Shown here piece by piece: positions 47,373 to 60,917 of a DNA stretch of 64,000 bases (its first letter is position 1; each line of letters opens with the position of its first letter). The translations under genes and the position numbers were made by a program. The notes beneath the pieces were generated by a model, which saw only the letters and a program-made list of their open reading frames with translations, did no database searches and was not told where the DNA came from. Source of the DNA: Eledone cirrhosa (taxonomy: Eukaryota); assembly GCA_964016885.1 (NCBI GenBank), contig OZ024754.1, positions 5,456,001 to 5,520,000 of the forward strand. The letters are read 5' to 3'.

Positions 47373-47634
47373 ATATATATAGATGAAAGGAAGAAAGGCA
47401 AAGTTAACCTCGGCAGAATTTGAACTCAGACCGTAAAGGGACGTAGTAATAATAGTGACTGGGGACGGAGAGAATATTGATTGCAAAGGGGAGATAAAAA
47501 GGGAAGTATGAAAAAGAGAGAAGGCCAGAAACACAGAGATATAAAGATATAGAGAGAATATAGTTCCACGTAAAGAGACAAAGAGCGGGGGGGGGGGGGG
47601 GGTATGTTCGGCCAGGATCACACATGGTGTATGG

Positions 47635-47700
<66 letters not shown>

Positions 47701-47768
47701 GTATATATATATATACATATACATACATATATATATATATATATCAATAATATTAATAATATTATATG

Positions 47769-47823
<55 letters not shown>

Positions 47824-47887
47824 GTATATATATATACATATACATATATATGTATATATATATCAATAATATTAATAATATTATATG

Positions 47888-47975
<88 letters not shown>

Positions 47976-48207
47976 TGGCAGCAGTAGTAAGAGAGAGAAA
48001 ATATTAGCAATGTCATTGTATGTTTAGCCAGGATCACAAAAGACAATTGAAAAACCATTCCAGCAACTTATGTTTCATAATTCTATCCCATTTAACTTGT
48101 CTCTTCTTTGGCTGATTCCACCACATTCCACTCCATTTCCAGGCAAGAATGCATCATTCACACACACACACACACGCACACACACACACACACTCAAACA
48201 CACATAT

Positions 48208-48245
<38 letters not shown>

Positions 48246-48391
48246 TTATATATATATATATATATTTACAAATAGCCTCTGAAATCGTCATTGTTATATC
48301 GCAAAATGTAAGTAGCCAGACACAATTATATACACACAGATATATACACACACACACATATGTATATATATATATGTGTGGTGAGTGTGTA

Positions 48392-48461
<70 letters not shown>

Positions 48462-48535
48462 ATGTTTGTATGTATGTATATATATATATATAATAAAAAA
48501 TTGAACAGGGACAGAACAGAGAGGCAGTACGACAA

Positions 48536-48611
<76 letters not shown>

Positions 48612-49024
48612 TTTGTATGTATGTATATATATATTTATATATTAGGATTGCCGCCTAATCCCATCATTCAAGCCAGCTTTACGAATGAGGCATCATCTCG
48701 CACCTTTACCAAAAAGTTGCTTTTGTCAGGGCAATTACAAGACTTTGATTCCATGTAGCGTGTAAGCGACTTTTTCGTTTCGCTGCTCATCTGCCTCTGA
48801 TCGTGTTACACTTCCAGGTTCACCTTCACCTTCACCTCTTCCCGCCTTCATTCATGACTGATGCCACTCCTAAACCAACAACAATTGTAAAGAGGAAGAA
48901 GCAAAGTGAAATACAAAAATATTCATGGTATCTTTGTTTTGTTGTTTGTCGTGCCTCTGTCACAAAATTTGATCATTTAAAGTTTTCATTCGCACACACT
49001 CACTCATAAAAACCGATGCACATA

Positions 49025-49074
<50 letters not shown>

Positions 49075-49114
49075 CATATATATATGTATATATATATATT
49101 TATATATACATATA

Positions 49115-49179
<65 letters not shown>

Positions 49180-49232
49180 CTATATATATATATTTATATA
49201 TATATATATATTTATGTATATATGTATATATT

Positions 49233-49263
<31 letters not shown>

Positions 49264-49275
49264 ATATATATATAT

Positions 49276-49510
49276 AACGAAGGAAATGTGGTAAGGAACC
49301 AGGTGGACCATAACGCACCAAAGTACTCAATACTTGAGGTAGTAGAGTGGGTAATAGGAACCAGTAAGACCCCGACAGCTGAGCTCAAGCCGTTTCGACG
49401 GCTAATTCTGGACTAAAAAAAAAAAAAAAAAAAAAAAAAATCTTTTTTTTTTTTAGTCCAGAATTAGCCGTCGAAACGGCTTGAGCTCAGCCGTCGGGGT
49501 CTTACTGGTT

Positions 49511-49514
<4 letters not shown>
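49276..49514. mobile_element. Fold-back element family P1 with A26-TC-T12 at the symmetry centre
   Basis: Arms 49355-49414 / 49455-49514; GAAAC-GGCT-tgagctc-AGCC-GTC at 49473-49495. Confidence 0.85.
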
Positions 49515-49560
<46 letters not shown>

Positions 49561-49578
49561 ATTATCTCTATATATATG

Positions 49579-49611
<33 letters not shown>

Positions 49612-49651
49612 AATATATGCATATATATATATATACATATAATTAGCAATT

Positions 49652-49925
49652 GGACGACACAAAATATAACTACTCCATTACCAAAGGTTTCTGGATGCCA
49701 GACAATATTAATATACGTCTGGATCGGTCATCAGACAGAGATGTTATGATAAAATCTCTGTCTGACGACCGATCCAGACGTATATTAATATTGTCTGGCA
49801 TCCAGAAACCTTTGGTAATGGAGTAGTTATATTTTTGTGTTGTTCACTTTCTACTTAAATAGCTCTGTTCTATACATAGAGCACTCTCTTTTCCTTTGCT
49901 TTTCCTTCGGAATTACCTAACGCAT
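49652..49925. mobile_element. Fold-back element family P4
   Basis: ~90-bp inverted arms centred at ~49748 plus a tail running to (CA/TA)n. Confidence 0.8.
49756..49823 (+). ncRNA. Predicted hammerhead ribozyme with long stem II, P4
   Basis: CUCUGU-CUGACGA-[cc gau ccagac..gucugg c auc ca]-GAAACC(UUU)GGUA^-AUGGAG. Stem I has 6 bp with two G-U pairs; the base of stem II is mismatched. Minus copy with CUGAUGA at 49673-49740. Confidence 0.55.
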
Positions 49926-50042
49926 ACACACACACAGACATATATATATGGTGGTAAAAATCTTGGAGGTTATAACCGTAGTAAGTAGAGTATTGAGTCC
50001 AGACGACGAATTCGCAGCCATACACTGGTTGAAACTCAATTC

Positions 50043-50086
<44 letters not shown>

Positions 50087-50791
50087 ATATATATATATGA
50101 AAGGAAAGCACAAGCAGGGGACAATCCCTTCTTCAGTTGTCTGCTGGAGATCACGGACATTTATGTGTGTGTGTGTTGGAGTTCGGTAGAGATTCTCAGA
50201 GGAAACTTCGGTCAAGCCAATGTTATATTAGAAGATACTTGCTCAAAGCTTCTCGCTGTAGCATTGAACACCAAAACACGTTATTGCTAATCAAACAACT
50301 TGAACACATAGCAATACCTTAGCCGACACACATATATGAAATCAATTCTCTCGTCTTCTTAAGTGTATCTCTGCTGTTTTGCAGTTTTACAATACAAAAC
50401 TTATCACCATTTGAATTTAAAATGAGTTTTAGGCTAGTCCTATACTTGAGTCAATATAAAACGCTTCTATAATTAGTTAATTAAATCATTTACTTAATTG
50501 AATTTTTAATTGATTAAAACAAGCGATGTCATTGTGCGATAAAATGTAAAAGAAGATAGGTGGGGGTAGGTGGTATCTATCTCTTCACCAATTTGCTGGC
50601 AGATTGATGGAGATGCTGAGTATTAAAGTGGAAATATAATCGAAAGTAATAAAGGTCAATGTTTTTCGATAATGTAGGATGGAAAAAAATATATTAATTT
50701 CGCTACATCGACAAGATCTGGTATGTTTGTTGATTAAATCGCCCCCAGAAGTAGGGAGATTGAGTTGAAGTCGGTAGAATTTGTTTTCAAT

Positions 50792-50840
<49 letters not shown>

Positions 50841-50921
50841 TAAAGTTAGTCCTTCATCAGTGATCTTCCAACCATCATTGGTATTTCATCGCTTTAAAGA
50901 CCATATATATATATATATATA

Positions 50922-51081
50922 CAGATGCGAGAAAAACCACAAATCCTTCATCTCAATTCTACTTTTGAAAAGCATAAGGACTGTGAAACGGGTAAAGGAA
51001 AACAAATAAATATTCTTTCACTGGTGTGTTGGACATCTGGTTTTCATTTTTTTTTCATTACAAAAAAACTCATTTTCTGAT
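50922..51081 (+). mobile_element. Diverged single-arm P2 copy
   Basis: acttTTGAAAAgcataaggactgtGAAACgggtaaagg plus a P2-like tail; (TA)n flanks. Confidence 0.75.
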
Positions 51082-51120
51082 ATATATATATATATATATT
51101 AATATATATATATATATATA

Positions 51121-51490
51121 AGAAAATGAGTCTGCTAGTGAGGTTAAGAACCCTCAGGCTAAATAATTTCTTTAATTTCTTTAATCCAAATACGGCGATA
51201 GCTTACATTTCTAATAATTTCAAAGCCACTCGCTGTTTCGAAAATATTCTTACTTGACATTACAGTCGCTAAGTTTATAGCTTCTAATTTGAATGAAAAA
51301 AGACGTGTGATGTGTTGGTGTAAATGGTAACACAGTGGTCAGGATAACCAAAGATGTGGGTCCGACTCCAATGTACGTCAATACTCATCTTTTTCCATTT
51401 CTCCGAGGGTTCTTAACCCCCACTATCAGGCTAAATAATTCCTTTAATTTCTTTAGTCAAAATACGGCGATAGATTACATTTCTCTCTAT
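51121..51490 (+). mobile_element. (TA)n-flanked element with direct terminal repeats, a 5' inversion and an internal tRNA-like segment
   Basis: Direct repeat 51154-51212 / 51426-51485; inverted 51136-51155 / 51405-51425; degenerate cloverleaf 51302-51380. Confidence 0.55.
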
Positions 51491-51506
51491 ATAAATATTA
51501 TGTATG

Positions 51507-51577
<71 letters not shown>

Positions 51578-51822
51578 CAACCTAAATGCCGATATACATA
51601 CATAGTTATACCTTAAATGATGCGTTGTTGCCTCAAAATAATGGTCTTCGAAGAACAAGTGTTTCTCGGTGTATTGATAAAGCAATAATAATGGCAGAGA
51701 CGTTACAATAACAACATTGTTTGCTTTGTTATAACCAAAAGATGTTCTACATTGTAACCACTGTCATTTGAATTTCAGATATTTCCCTTATTGTTGACTT
51801 TCGCCAGTTTACTTTCCCTCCC

Positions 51823-51854
<32 letters not shown>

Positions 51855-52029
51855 ACTCACTCACTCTCTCACACATTCACACACTCTCTCTCTCTCTCAC
51901 ACATTCACACACACATATATATATAGAGAGAGAAATAGAGAGAGAAAAAGAGAGAGAGATAGGTAGGTAGGTAGATAGAGAGAGAGAGAGATAGGTAGGT
52001 AGGGTAGATAGAGAGAGAGAGCTAGATAA

Positions 52030-52084
<55 letters not shown>

Positions 52085-52334
52085 TATACTCTTTCTGGAA
52101 ATGTTCGTATCACCTGCTCGCCACACACATACATACTTATTGCTATTGTGTTTCACCTTCTTCCTTCTTCTTGTTTTTATTATTATTATTATTTTCCTCT
52201 ACCTCTTCTACTTCTTCTTCTTCCTCTGTATAGAATGTTATTTGTTGCTGTTACGGTTGTTGTTCTCTCTCTCTTTCTCTTTATATATATATTACATTAT
52301 TGTGTGTATATATATATAATATATATATATATAT

Positions 52335-52520
52335 TATAGAAAGGCTTCTACAGACTAGAAGTGTTTCATTCGGGAGAAATCATCAATTCTGAGGATTTCT
52401 CCCGAATGAAACAGTTCTATTCCTGTGGAAGCCTTTCTATATTAAATATATATACTCTGCTTTCTATTGAGTACCTGACTTACTGTGGTTACCCCCGATT
52501 GAACCCGGGATAAACTTATA
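52335..52520. mobile_element. Fold-back element family P3 with decayed hammerheads
   Basis: ~50-bp arms centred at ~52387; CTGAGGA 52389-52395, GAAAC 52408-52412; the triplet is GUG (non-cleavable); tail homologous to 33206-33280. Confidence 0.8.
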
Positions 52521-52540
52521 TATATATATATATATATATA

Positions 52541-52666
52541 TAAGGAAAAAAGATGAAATCGAAATTGCAACTGCAGTCTTTTTTTTTTTAAATATATTTA
52601 TTTGGTTCCTTTACCGGATTCGCAGTTCTTAAGCTTTTCAAAAGTAGAATTGAGATGGAGGGTTTG
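52541..52666 (-). mobile_element. Diverged P2 arm
   Basis: Matches the P2 arm; the core GAAA is mutated to GAAT. Confidence 0.75.
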
Positions 52667-52983
52667 AGTCTGAGTGTGTGCTTACCATTCATAGTTTCAA
52701 GAAGATATTAGTAGAGAACTATAGATTATATTCCTGTATGAGTGAGCGGTCCTCACTCTATTCGCCCTATATAGAGAGGTGGAAAGCTTATGCTTACGTA
52801 CATTATGTGAAACAAGTCTCATTCTATATTTTCTTTGTATCAATGTATTGATTTCTATTAGATTTTGTTAATTTAGTAGCCGCTGTTATCGTTTTTATTG
52901 TACACATACTTATACTTAATAGAAAAAAGCAGACATTTGATATTCCACACATGTTTGTATGTATGTACACACGTGTGTGTATA

Positions 52984-53032
<49 letters not shown>

Positions 53033-53220
53033 TGTATATATAAATATATATACATACATATATATATATATATCTATATATATCTATACATATATACATA
53101 TATATATATACATATATATATACATATATTTATATATATATATGGTACATATATACATATATATAACAATATTATATGTGTGTGTGTATACATATTTGTA
53201 TATATATGTATATATGTATA

Positions 53221-53262
<42 letters not shown>

Positions 53263-53479
53263 AACATACACACATATACAAAACCTCCTACGCATGTATT
53301 CAATTCACTCTCTTACCCATTTGCTTACCTTTTCATATTTTAATCGACTCTTGGTACAGATCTGTGTAACCTGTATAGAAATGGCGGCCAACACACTGTG
53401 AAAATATATCCAATCATTTTGCTTTGCATGTCTTTATTTGACTGGCTTTATCCGTCAAGTATCAGCCAATTCTTTCGGA

Positions 53480-53535
<56 letters not shown>

Positions 53536-54071
53536 TATATATATATTTGTATATAATATTTATTTGTCTATGCGCAGGTACAGCGACAACTTCAGTAATA
53601 AAAACAATTTTTTTTTTAATGTAAACACAACTGCCCTGTTAGCAGAAACTATCATCAATTGTAATGGCTGCCAACATCAAAATACTTATTGTTCCTTTAG
53701 AGAGGTGTTTTATAAGAAGGTGACTATTAAGTACACAAATGTCGGCTGCACTCCACAAACCAATACTTTACTAGTTTTCAAGACACGACAGAAACATTGT
53801 TTCAAACATGTTTCTCTGCTCTCCATTCCTCCTTGTCTTCTTTTCTATCGTTGATTTCATCTTTCTTTCTTTCTATCTATTCATCTGTCTCCCCTTTCTC
53901 TCTCTTTCCGTCCGTCTTTTTTCTTCCTCCTCCTATCTATTCATCTATCACTCTTTTACCTAACTTTCTTTTTGCTTTTCTTTCCCAATTTCTACCTATC
54001 TTATCTATCTATCTAGCTATCCTTTCTTCCTTTTCTGCCTAACTCTCTCTCGCGCTCTCTCTCTCTATCTA

Positions 54072-54123
<52 letters not shown>

Positions 54124-54150
54124 CTCTCTCTCTCTATTTCTCTCTCTCGT

Positions 54151-54184
<34 letters not shown>

Positions 54185-54245
54185 GTATATATATGTGTAT
54201 GTATGTATATGTGTATGTATGTATATATATGTATATATATGTATG

Positions 54246-54276
<31 letters not shown>

Positions 54277-54289
54277 GTATATATATATG

Positions 54290-54338
<49 letters not shown>

Positions 54339-54380
54339 GTATATATATATGTGTATATATATATATATAATATATATATG

Positions 54381-54451
<71 letters not shown>

Positions 54452-54478
54452 GTATATATATATATGTATATATATATG

Positions 54479-54569
<91 letters not shown>

Positions 54570-54721
54570 GGAGATTGAGACGGAGAGAGAGCTGTCTGTA
54601 TATAGTTCATACTGAATGAACTAAGGTTGTGAAAATAAATCCATCCTCAAGTGCTCATTGAGCTTTACACTTCTTACCAAATACATTAGTGGATTCCTTC
54701 ACTATAATGACTTACATGTAA

Positions 54722-54766
<45 letters not shown>

Positions 54767-55154
54767 GTATATATACATGTATAATATATTACGGGTTTGT
54801 GTGCGATTGCCTCTTCCAAATTTCAAACATAGGCCATTCAACGACAGATCCCAGACACTAAGCGCTTGTGCAGCGAACTCCTTAATAACACAACCATGCT
54901 TGTGGTCATTGGTCATATATGTTTAAAAAGGGGAAGTAGAGAACTAGTAAATTACATTTAAAATTAAATATATTCTAAGTAAATCAAAAATTATTCAGAA
55001 TAGTGCCTGTGATTAGACATTACAAACAGGATCTGTCTTGGCATATATATTAGGATAATTGTTTAATTGTGAATAAAAATGAAGAGTATAACAAAAGTAT
55101 CGAATTTTACAAAGTTGAATATAAATTTCTGATATAGAATAAATAATTAGAATG

Positions 55155-55216
<62 letters not shown>

Positions 55217-55329
55217 TAACACATTTTTCATCCCCCGAGCGTGAAACTAATACATTTTTATATTTTTGCATCCTCTTTTATTCATTTTCTATTTCCTTGA
55301 TTTATATATATACATATATATATATATAT

Positions 55330-55669
55330 AACGGCGATGAATTAGTTTTGCTAGGTTTTTGATGTGAAATCGTGTGTCGAAACAAATATTGTTATAGTTG
55401 GGGAGGGTCATATTTGTGTAATAATATTGCCAGAAATAATTACAGAACACACTCACCGTTTGGTTGGTTTTCGCTTCTGTGTCTTTTATATCAGTTAATT
55501 TAATTTATTCGGTCCTCAATGTTACCATTGACTGACCAACGCTCATAAATACAGATATAATATAGACACAAACACATATATATAGTCTAACAAAACCAAC
55601 CAAACAGTGAGTGTGTTCTGTTATTAATTCTGGCAATATTATTACACAAATATGAATCTCCCCAAGTAT

Positions 55670-55672
<3 letters not shown>
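55330..55672. mobile_element. Family P5 element with inverted duplication
   Basis: 55592-55672 is the reverse complement of ~55390-55472; GAAAC-AAATATT-GTT at 55379-55393; homologue at 23630-23826. Confidence 0.65.
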
Positions 55673-55732
<60 letters not shown>

Positions 55733-55825
55733 ATAATAATAAATTTGAAGACGAAAATCCAAAGATAAGGATAAATATATATCAAATATATAAGAACCGT
55801 AGAGCAACTTTAATCTGTTATTTTA

Positions 55826-55882
<57 letters not shown>

Positions 55883-55890
55883 TGTGCTCT

Positions 55891-55928
<38 letters not shown>

Positions 55929-56069
55929 TGTATATACAATCAGTCCAACCAAATAGATATGTACGAACAGAGTTTGCTCTGCTGTTCTCCATGCTAGGAA
56001 TTATGAGGCCATTTTTACACGACACCACCTGTTGACGTCTCGTACGTTGATTCTATTGGAACACTCACG

Positions 56070-56112
<43 letters not shown>

Positions 56113-56168
56113 ATATACATACATACATATATAAATATACATACACACACATATACATACATACATAT

Positions 56169-56231
<63 letters not shown>

Positions 56232-56753
56232 TATGTATATGTGTGTGTGTATATATACATCTGTCTGTCTGCCTGTCTGTCTGTGTATTCATGGGAGTAA
56301 AAGTGAACCACAGCCAGTGTGAGAAGGAGGCAAGCAAGAAAGTAAAAAAAGAAGTAAGACAGAAGCAACTTTAAAAAGACTGTCTTTGAATTTGCCGGGT
56401 TTTATTGTGTAAAAGTAGTGAAAGCAATTATTTCCAAATGCAAACAATTATAATCGGATTAAGTCCGTGTTGTTTGTATTTCGGATTGGTTAAATTTTGT
56501 CATGTGATATGGACTTTTGTTAGCAATGATATACATAGGTACTTGAGCTTAACGAATTTATCCATCTCCTCATCCACCACATATTATCAAGAGGTTACTG
56601 TAGAATACTTCATATTATTTTTTTTTTATATACATATAATTTTGTTTTTGCTTTTTACCCGCAGAAATGCCCATTTGTCCTATATTGTCCTGTGCTGTCC
56701 TTAATGTTATATTTAATGTCAACCCTTGTGGTTAATAAAGAAAGCATTATTAT

Positions 56754-57068
56754 TAGAGGGTCGGACACCATGCATTGCAGCACAGAGTTGCGGCCCTTTA
56801 GGGTCTGAGTTCAATTCCCGCAGAGGTTAACTTTGCCTTTCATCCTTACAAGGCCGATAAAATAAAGCATCAGTCACGCACTGGGGTCGATTTAATCGAC
56901 TTTCCCCTCCTCCAAATTGCTGGCCTTGTGCCTATATTAGAAACCATTATTATGAGTTCACATCTCACCGAGGTTAACTTTGCCTTTCATTCTTACGGGG
57001 TCGATAAAATAAAGTACCAGTAATACACTGATACAATTGCTGGCGTTGTGCCAAAAGTAGAAACAATT
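56754..57068 (+). mobile_element. SINE family A: long-variant copy followed by a truncated short-variant copy
   Basis: Copies at 56754-56948 and 56955-57068. Confidence 0.85.
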
Positions 57069-57075
57069 ATTATTT

Positions 57076-57300
57076 CCTTTCCTGAGCCATTCTAACCGCA
57101 TGCCCATAGTATCAGAATTCTTGTCTCTCAACAGAAGTAGCAACAGTACCTGGAATTACTCTCCCATCTCCGAGCTACGCATTCTCTCGGGTAACGTTAC
57201 TCCAAGCACACTTCGGAAGGAATCACATATCGGCCGCTTGTACTCGCGATCGTATCCCTTTGTTCATTACCCAAGATTCATGACCATAGGTAAGGGTTGG
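57076..57300 (-). mobile_element. Decayed RTE-clade (Expander/Rex3-like) LINE fragment
   Basis: Minus strand translates as PTLTYGHESWVMNKGIRSRVQAADM*...GVTLPERMRSSE...YYGHAVRM, with stops and frameshifts. Confidence 0.8.
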
Positions 57301-57616
57301 CAAGACTACCTAATAGAAGAGTTTTATCTACCACATAAAAACAATATGCGGTACGTAAAAATTCAACAATGTCCACCTGATCATTTACATTGTGCCACCA
57401 GCACTATACTATCGGAAAAAAAACATTCACATTATTTAAACACTATTGTTCCTCTCACCATATTGTAGTTGCAGTTTCAGTGGTCTTATTCGTGAAGTCA
57501 CCAACATAGTAATCCCTATTACTTTGGAAAACCCTTACGGACCCTGGGGGAGTAGAATCACCTTTGATTTTGTAACATGTATTTGTTTTAAAATCTGCAC
57601 TATCTAGATAAATATA

Positions 57617-57802
57617 TAATTGTTTCTACTTTAGGCACAAGGCCAGCAATTACCAGTGCATTACTGGTACTTTATTTTATCGACCCCGTAAGGATGAAAG
57701 GCAAAGTCAACCTCGGCGGGATTTGAACTCAGATGGTAAAGGGACGTAACTATGCTGGAAAGCATAGCGTCCGACCCTCTACCGATACTGCCAATCCACC
57801 GC
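57617..57802 (-). mobile_element. SINE family A with probable target-site duplication
   Basis: Full copy; atctagataaatatata occurs on both flanks (~57602 and ~57809). Confidence 0.9.
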
Positions 57803-58417
57803 CCTTCCATCTAGATAAATATATAATGAGATGTTTTTGAAACGTGTATTGCTGATACAAGAAATATGACGGTTATATTTCAAATGATATATTTAATCAG
57901 AATTGTCATTATTTGTTCCAAGACATTTTCCCCTGACTCATCACAGTCCCGAGCAACATCTATACTTACATATATATATATATATAAATATATATTTCTA
58001 AAAGCACGTGTGTGTTTGGAGATGGAGGTAGATGTGTTAGTGTGTTAGTGTATGTGTCCATATATGTATATATGTATATGTGTATGTATTTATGTCTGTA
58101 TGTATGTATATATGTTTGTATTTATGTCTATATGTATGCATACATTTAAACGTGTATATAGTTTTATATATATATATTGTTTCTGTATGGGGAGGGTTCA
58201 TCGGGTTAATTGTGTCCTTCAGTTAGAATCACAAGCTGTTGAGCAAAGCTTTCGGAATTTTGTGGGCGTGAACGACTTAAGAATGTCACTGCATTGTCAA
58301 GTTATATTATAGGATGTAAACACTTGTAAACAATGCAAAAGTTCAGCAGAAAGGTTAACCCAGCCAGTACACAACATATTGTAATCCTTTTGAAATTATG
58401 ATGAGCTAGCCCTTGCT

Positions 58418-58444
58418 GTCACGTGACTGCTGCATCCATATAAG
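58418..58444 (+). promoter_or_regulatory. Possible promoter elements: palindromic E-box GTCACGTGAC and TATA-like TATAAG
   Basis: Motif match only; lies ~1 kb upstream of the candidate exon. Confidence 0.25.
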
Positions 58445-58802
58445 AGCTGGTCTATTATTAATTAATATGCCGTAGATGGTAGGGAGCAGGCAGGAGTCGT
58501 TTTTGTTTGGGTGTTTTTTGTGTTGTTTTTTTTTGAGAAACTCATTTTTTTTTTGAAATTTTTATTTTTTATTTTTTTAAATGTTTTTAATTAAGTTGCA
58601 CCTTGGTGATTCAGTATCGCAATGTTATGAAACATCACCAAAAATTAATTATATATATTTTTTCTCTTAATTATATAATTGTTGTTGTTTTGTTTAATTG
58701 TGTATCTTGCTTGAGTTTGTATTTATTTCTTATTTTGATTTATGTGAATTCCTATTTTTCGTACTTTTCTCAGCTTCTTTTTCGTCTAATTGTTGTTATT
58801 AA

Positions 58803-59380
58803 TGCAGATTAGCAGAGTCATTTGAGCTTCCGACAAATACCTAGCGGTATTTGTTCCGGCTCTTTATTTTCTGGCTTTAAATCCCACCGAGGTCAACGTT
58901 GCCTTTCATCCTCCCGGTGTTGATAATATAAAATACCAGCTAAAAACTGGGGTCGATATAATCAGCCAATGTTAGAAAAAATAATGTGGATTGAGAGAAT
59001 TGTTACAGAGTCGTACAAAATGATTTGTGGCATTTAGTTATGTTCTGAGTTCAAATTTACTTTTCATCCTTCTAGGGTCAATAAATTAAGGTATCGATAT
59101 AGTGCTAGAACCGATATAATAGGTTCTAGCACTATACCGATACCCCTTGTATATTTTCGCAACCCCTTGTAAATTTTCGGCCTTGTGCATAAATTATAAA
59201 CCAATGGGTTATTCGTGAGAGTGTCGGACCAGATGTGCAGTTTCCTCCGTTTCACTGTCTACGTTGTAAGCCCACCAATCTCAACTGTACTTTTCAACCT
59301 TCCGATGTATATAAATTAAAGTACCAATCAAGTACATAGGTGATAAAATCGATATCTCCATCCCCACGAAAATTACTGGC
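58803..59380 (+). mobile_element. Three old, diverged SINE family A-related copies in tandem
   Basis: Degenerate gcctttcatcc..gataa..taccag cores at ~58900, 59060 and 59290. Confidence 0.6.
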
Positions 59381-59501
59381 TCATTCTGGTTTCTTTGCCC
59401 GTTTTTTATTGATTGTTAGGATTCTTTAGATTTTTTAAATTTTTTTATTCTATTAGCTTATTTCCCTTCACTAAACTTTTTTTTTTTCTTCCTCTTTACA
59501 G

Positions 59502-59590
59502 AAAGATGCAGATGCGCTGTTCTGGAAAAAACATTGGATCGAATATACTTCAACCTTGACAATGTTTATACATCATCAACCCCAATTCTG
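59502..59590 (+). other. Candidate 89-nt internal exon of an unidentified gene
   Basis: Branch-like cactaaac, long polypyrimidine tract, ttacag acceptor and CTG|gtgagt donor. Two frames are open (KDADALFWKKHWIEY... or RCRCAVLEKTLDRIYF...), neither recognised. Confidence 0.45.
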
Positions 59591-60531
59591 GTGAGTTTTG
59601 GGGGAAGGCTGACCATTGCATCTCAACTGAAACTTCTTCTGTCCCGGGTTAAAACCTACGAATGGCAACATGCATGCGTCTCTCTGGGGAGCCACTGATT
59701 AACTTAGATCAATCGAAAGCATGCAATAAAGCTGTCCATCGCTACGTTGAATGGGAACGGAAGTGCTGTATTCCAGCCAATTTGTTGCAAGGTGGATCAT
59801 AGTAGTGAGCATGGTCCGAGTGAGTGGGACACCTCTGAGTATGCGCTTGTAACTTGGAGTAGAACAGCTGTGAGAGATCTGTGTCCTGTGGCTTTTGGTG
59901 GACTTTCTCAAGGACTCTCACTGGAAGATATCCTCCCAATTAGGGGAAATTACATTTTTGTATATATATATATATATATATTGTTTTTTTGTTTTGTTTT
60001 TTTTTCTGTTATCACAGAAAAAATAAATTACATTGTATCCTGCTCTGCCAAGAAGAAGAAGTATTTGACGAAGAAGAAGATTTACGGGTTCTAATAGAAA
60101 TGACTAGAAGGTATATATCACAATGAAGTGACAAAATCCGTCCCTGGAGGTATTATTCACTTAATACATACTTAAACTTAATTTACCCACTAGGATAGAT
60201 TTATCACATTGTTTCAAACAGAAGCACTTAAAGGGTAATACATTAATGTATTTGTAATGAAACTGGTGAGGGGGTTTCACAGGGAACTAAGATTTGGTGT
60301 GAAATCATAATTACGACAAAGGCACCATATTGCATAGAGTCAAAGTTACAGAGGTGGCAAAGGAAAACATAACAAAACAAAAAAGACGAGGCATGAGAAA
60401 GAGGAAAAGGATAAAAATATGAATTGGTTTTGAGGTTGGCACGTGGCCCCTACTAATGACACTGGCTGGGAAATGGTAATTAGCTGCGAAAGATATCATC
60501 CGAACACACAAATATATATATATATATATTA

Positions 60532-60574
<43 letters not shown>

Positions 60575-60597
60575 TATTTATATATATATATATATAA

Positions 60598-60629
<32 letters not shown>

Positions 60630-60917
60630 ATTTATTTATTTATATATATATATAATAACATTTTGTGAAGGAACAGGAGCTGAGATGTTGCTGGATAAAG
60701 TGTATTTATAAATAAGAGGAAAGCACGAACGGGGCGTAGTTTCTCTTCATCAGATGTATTCTGGAGATCATGGACACACATATATATATATATATATATA
60801 TGAAGATAAGCAGAACAAGTAAAATTCAATCAGTTTTTCAAAATAAATCAAAATTAATTTACAAATAAAATTAATCAAAATTAAAAAATATAATATAAAT
60901 ATTTACCTATTCGAGTG

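Noticed and set aside
48760-48800. CAGATGA-gcagc-GAAAC..GTC on the minus strand
   Set aside because: Core mismatch at U4 and no stem I.
51302-51380. Functional tRNA gene
   Set aside because: T arm and acceptor spacing are defective; retained only as a tRNA-derived segment.
60730-60760. CTGATGA-aga-GAAAC on the minus strand in a (TA)n island
   Set aside because: Stem II is absent and there is no cleavage triplet; at most a deleted relic.
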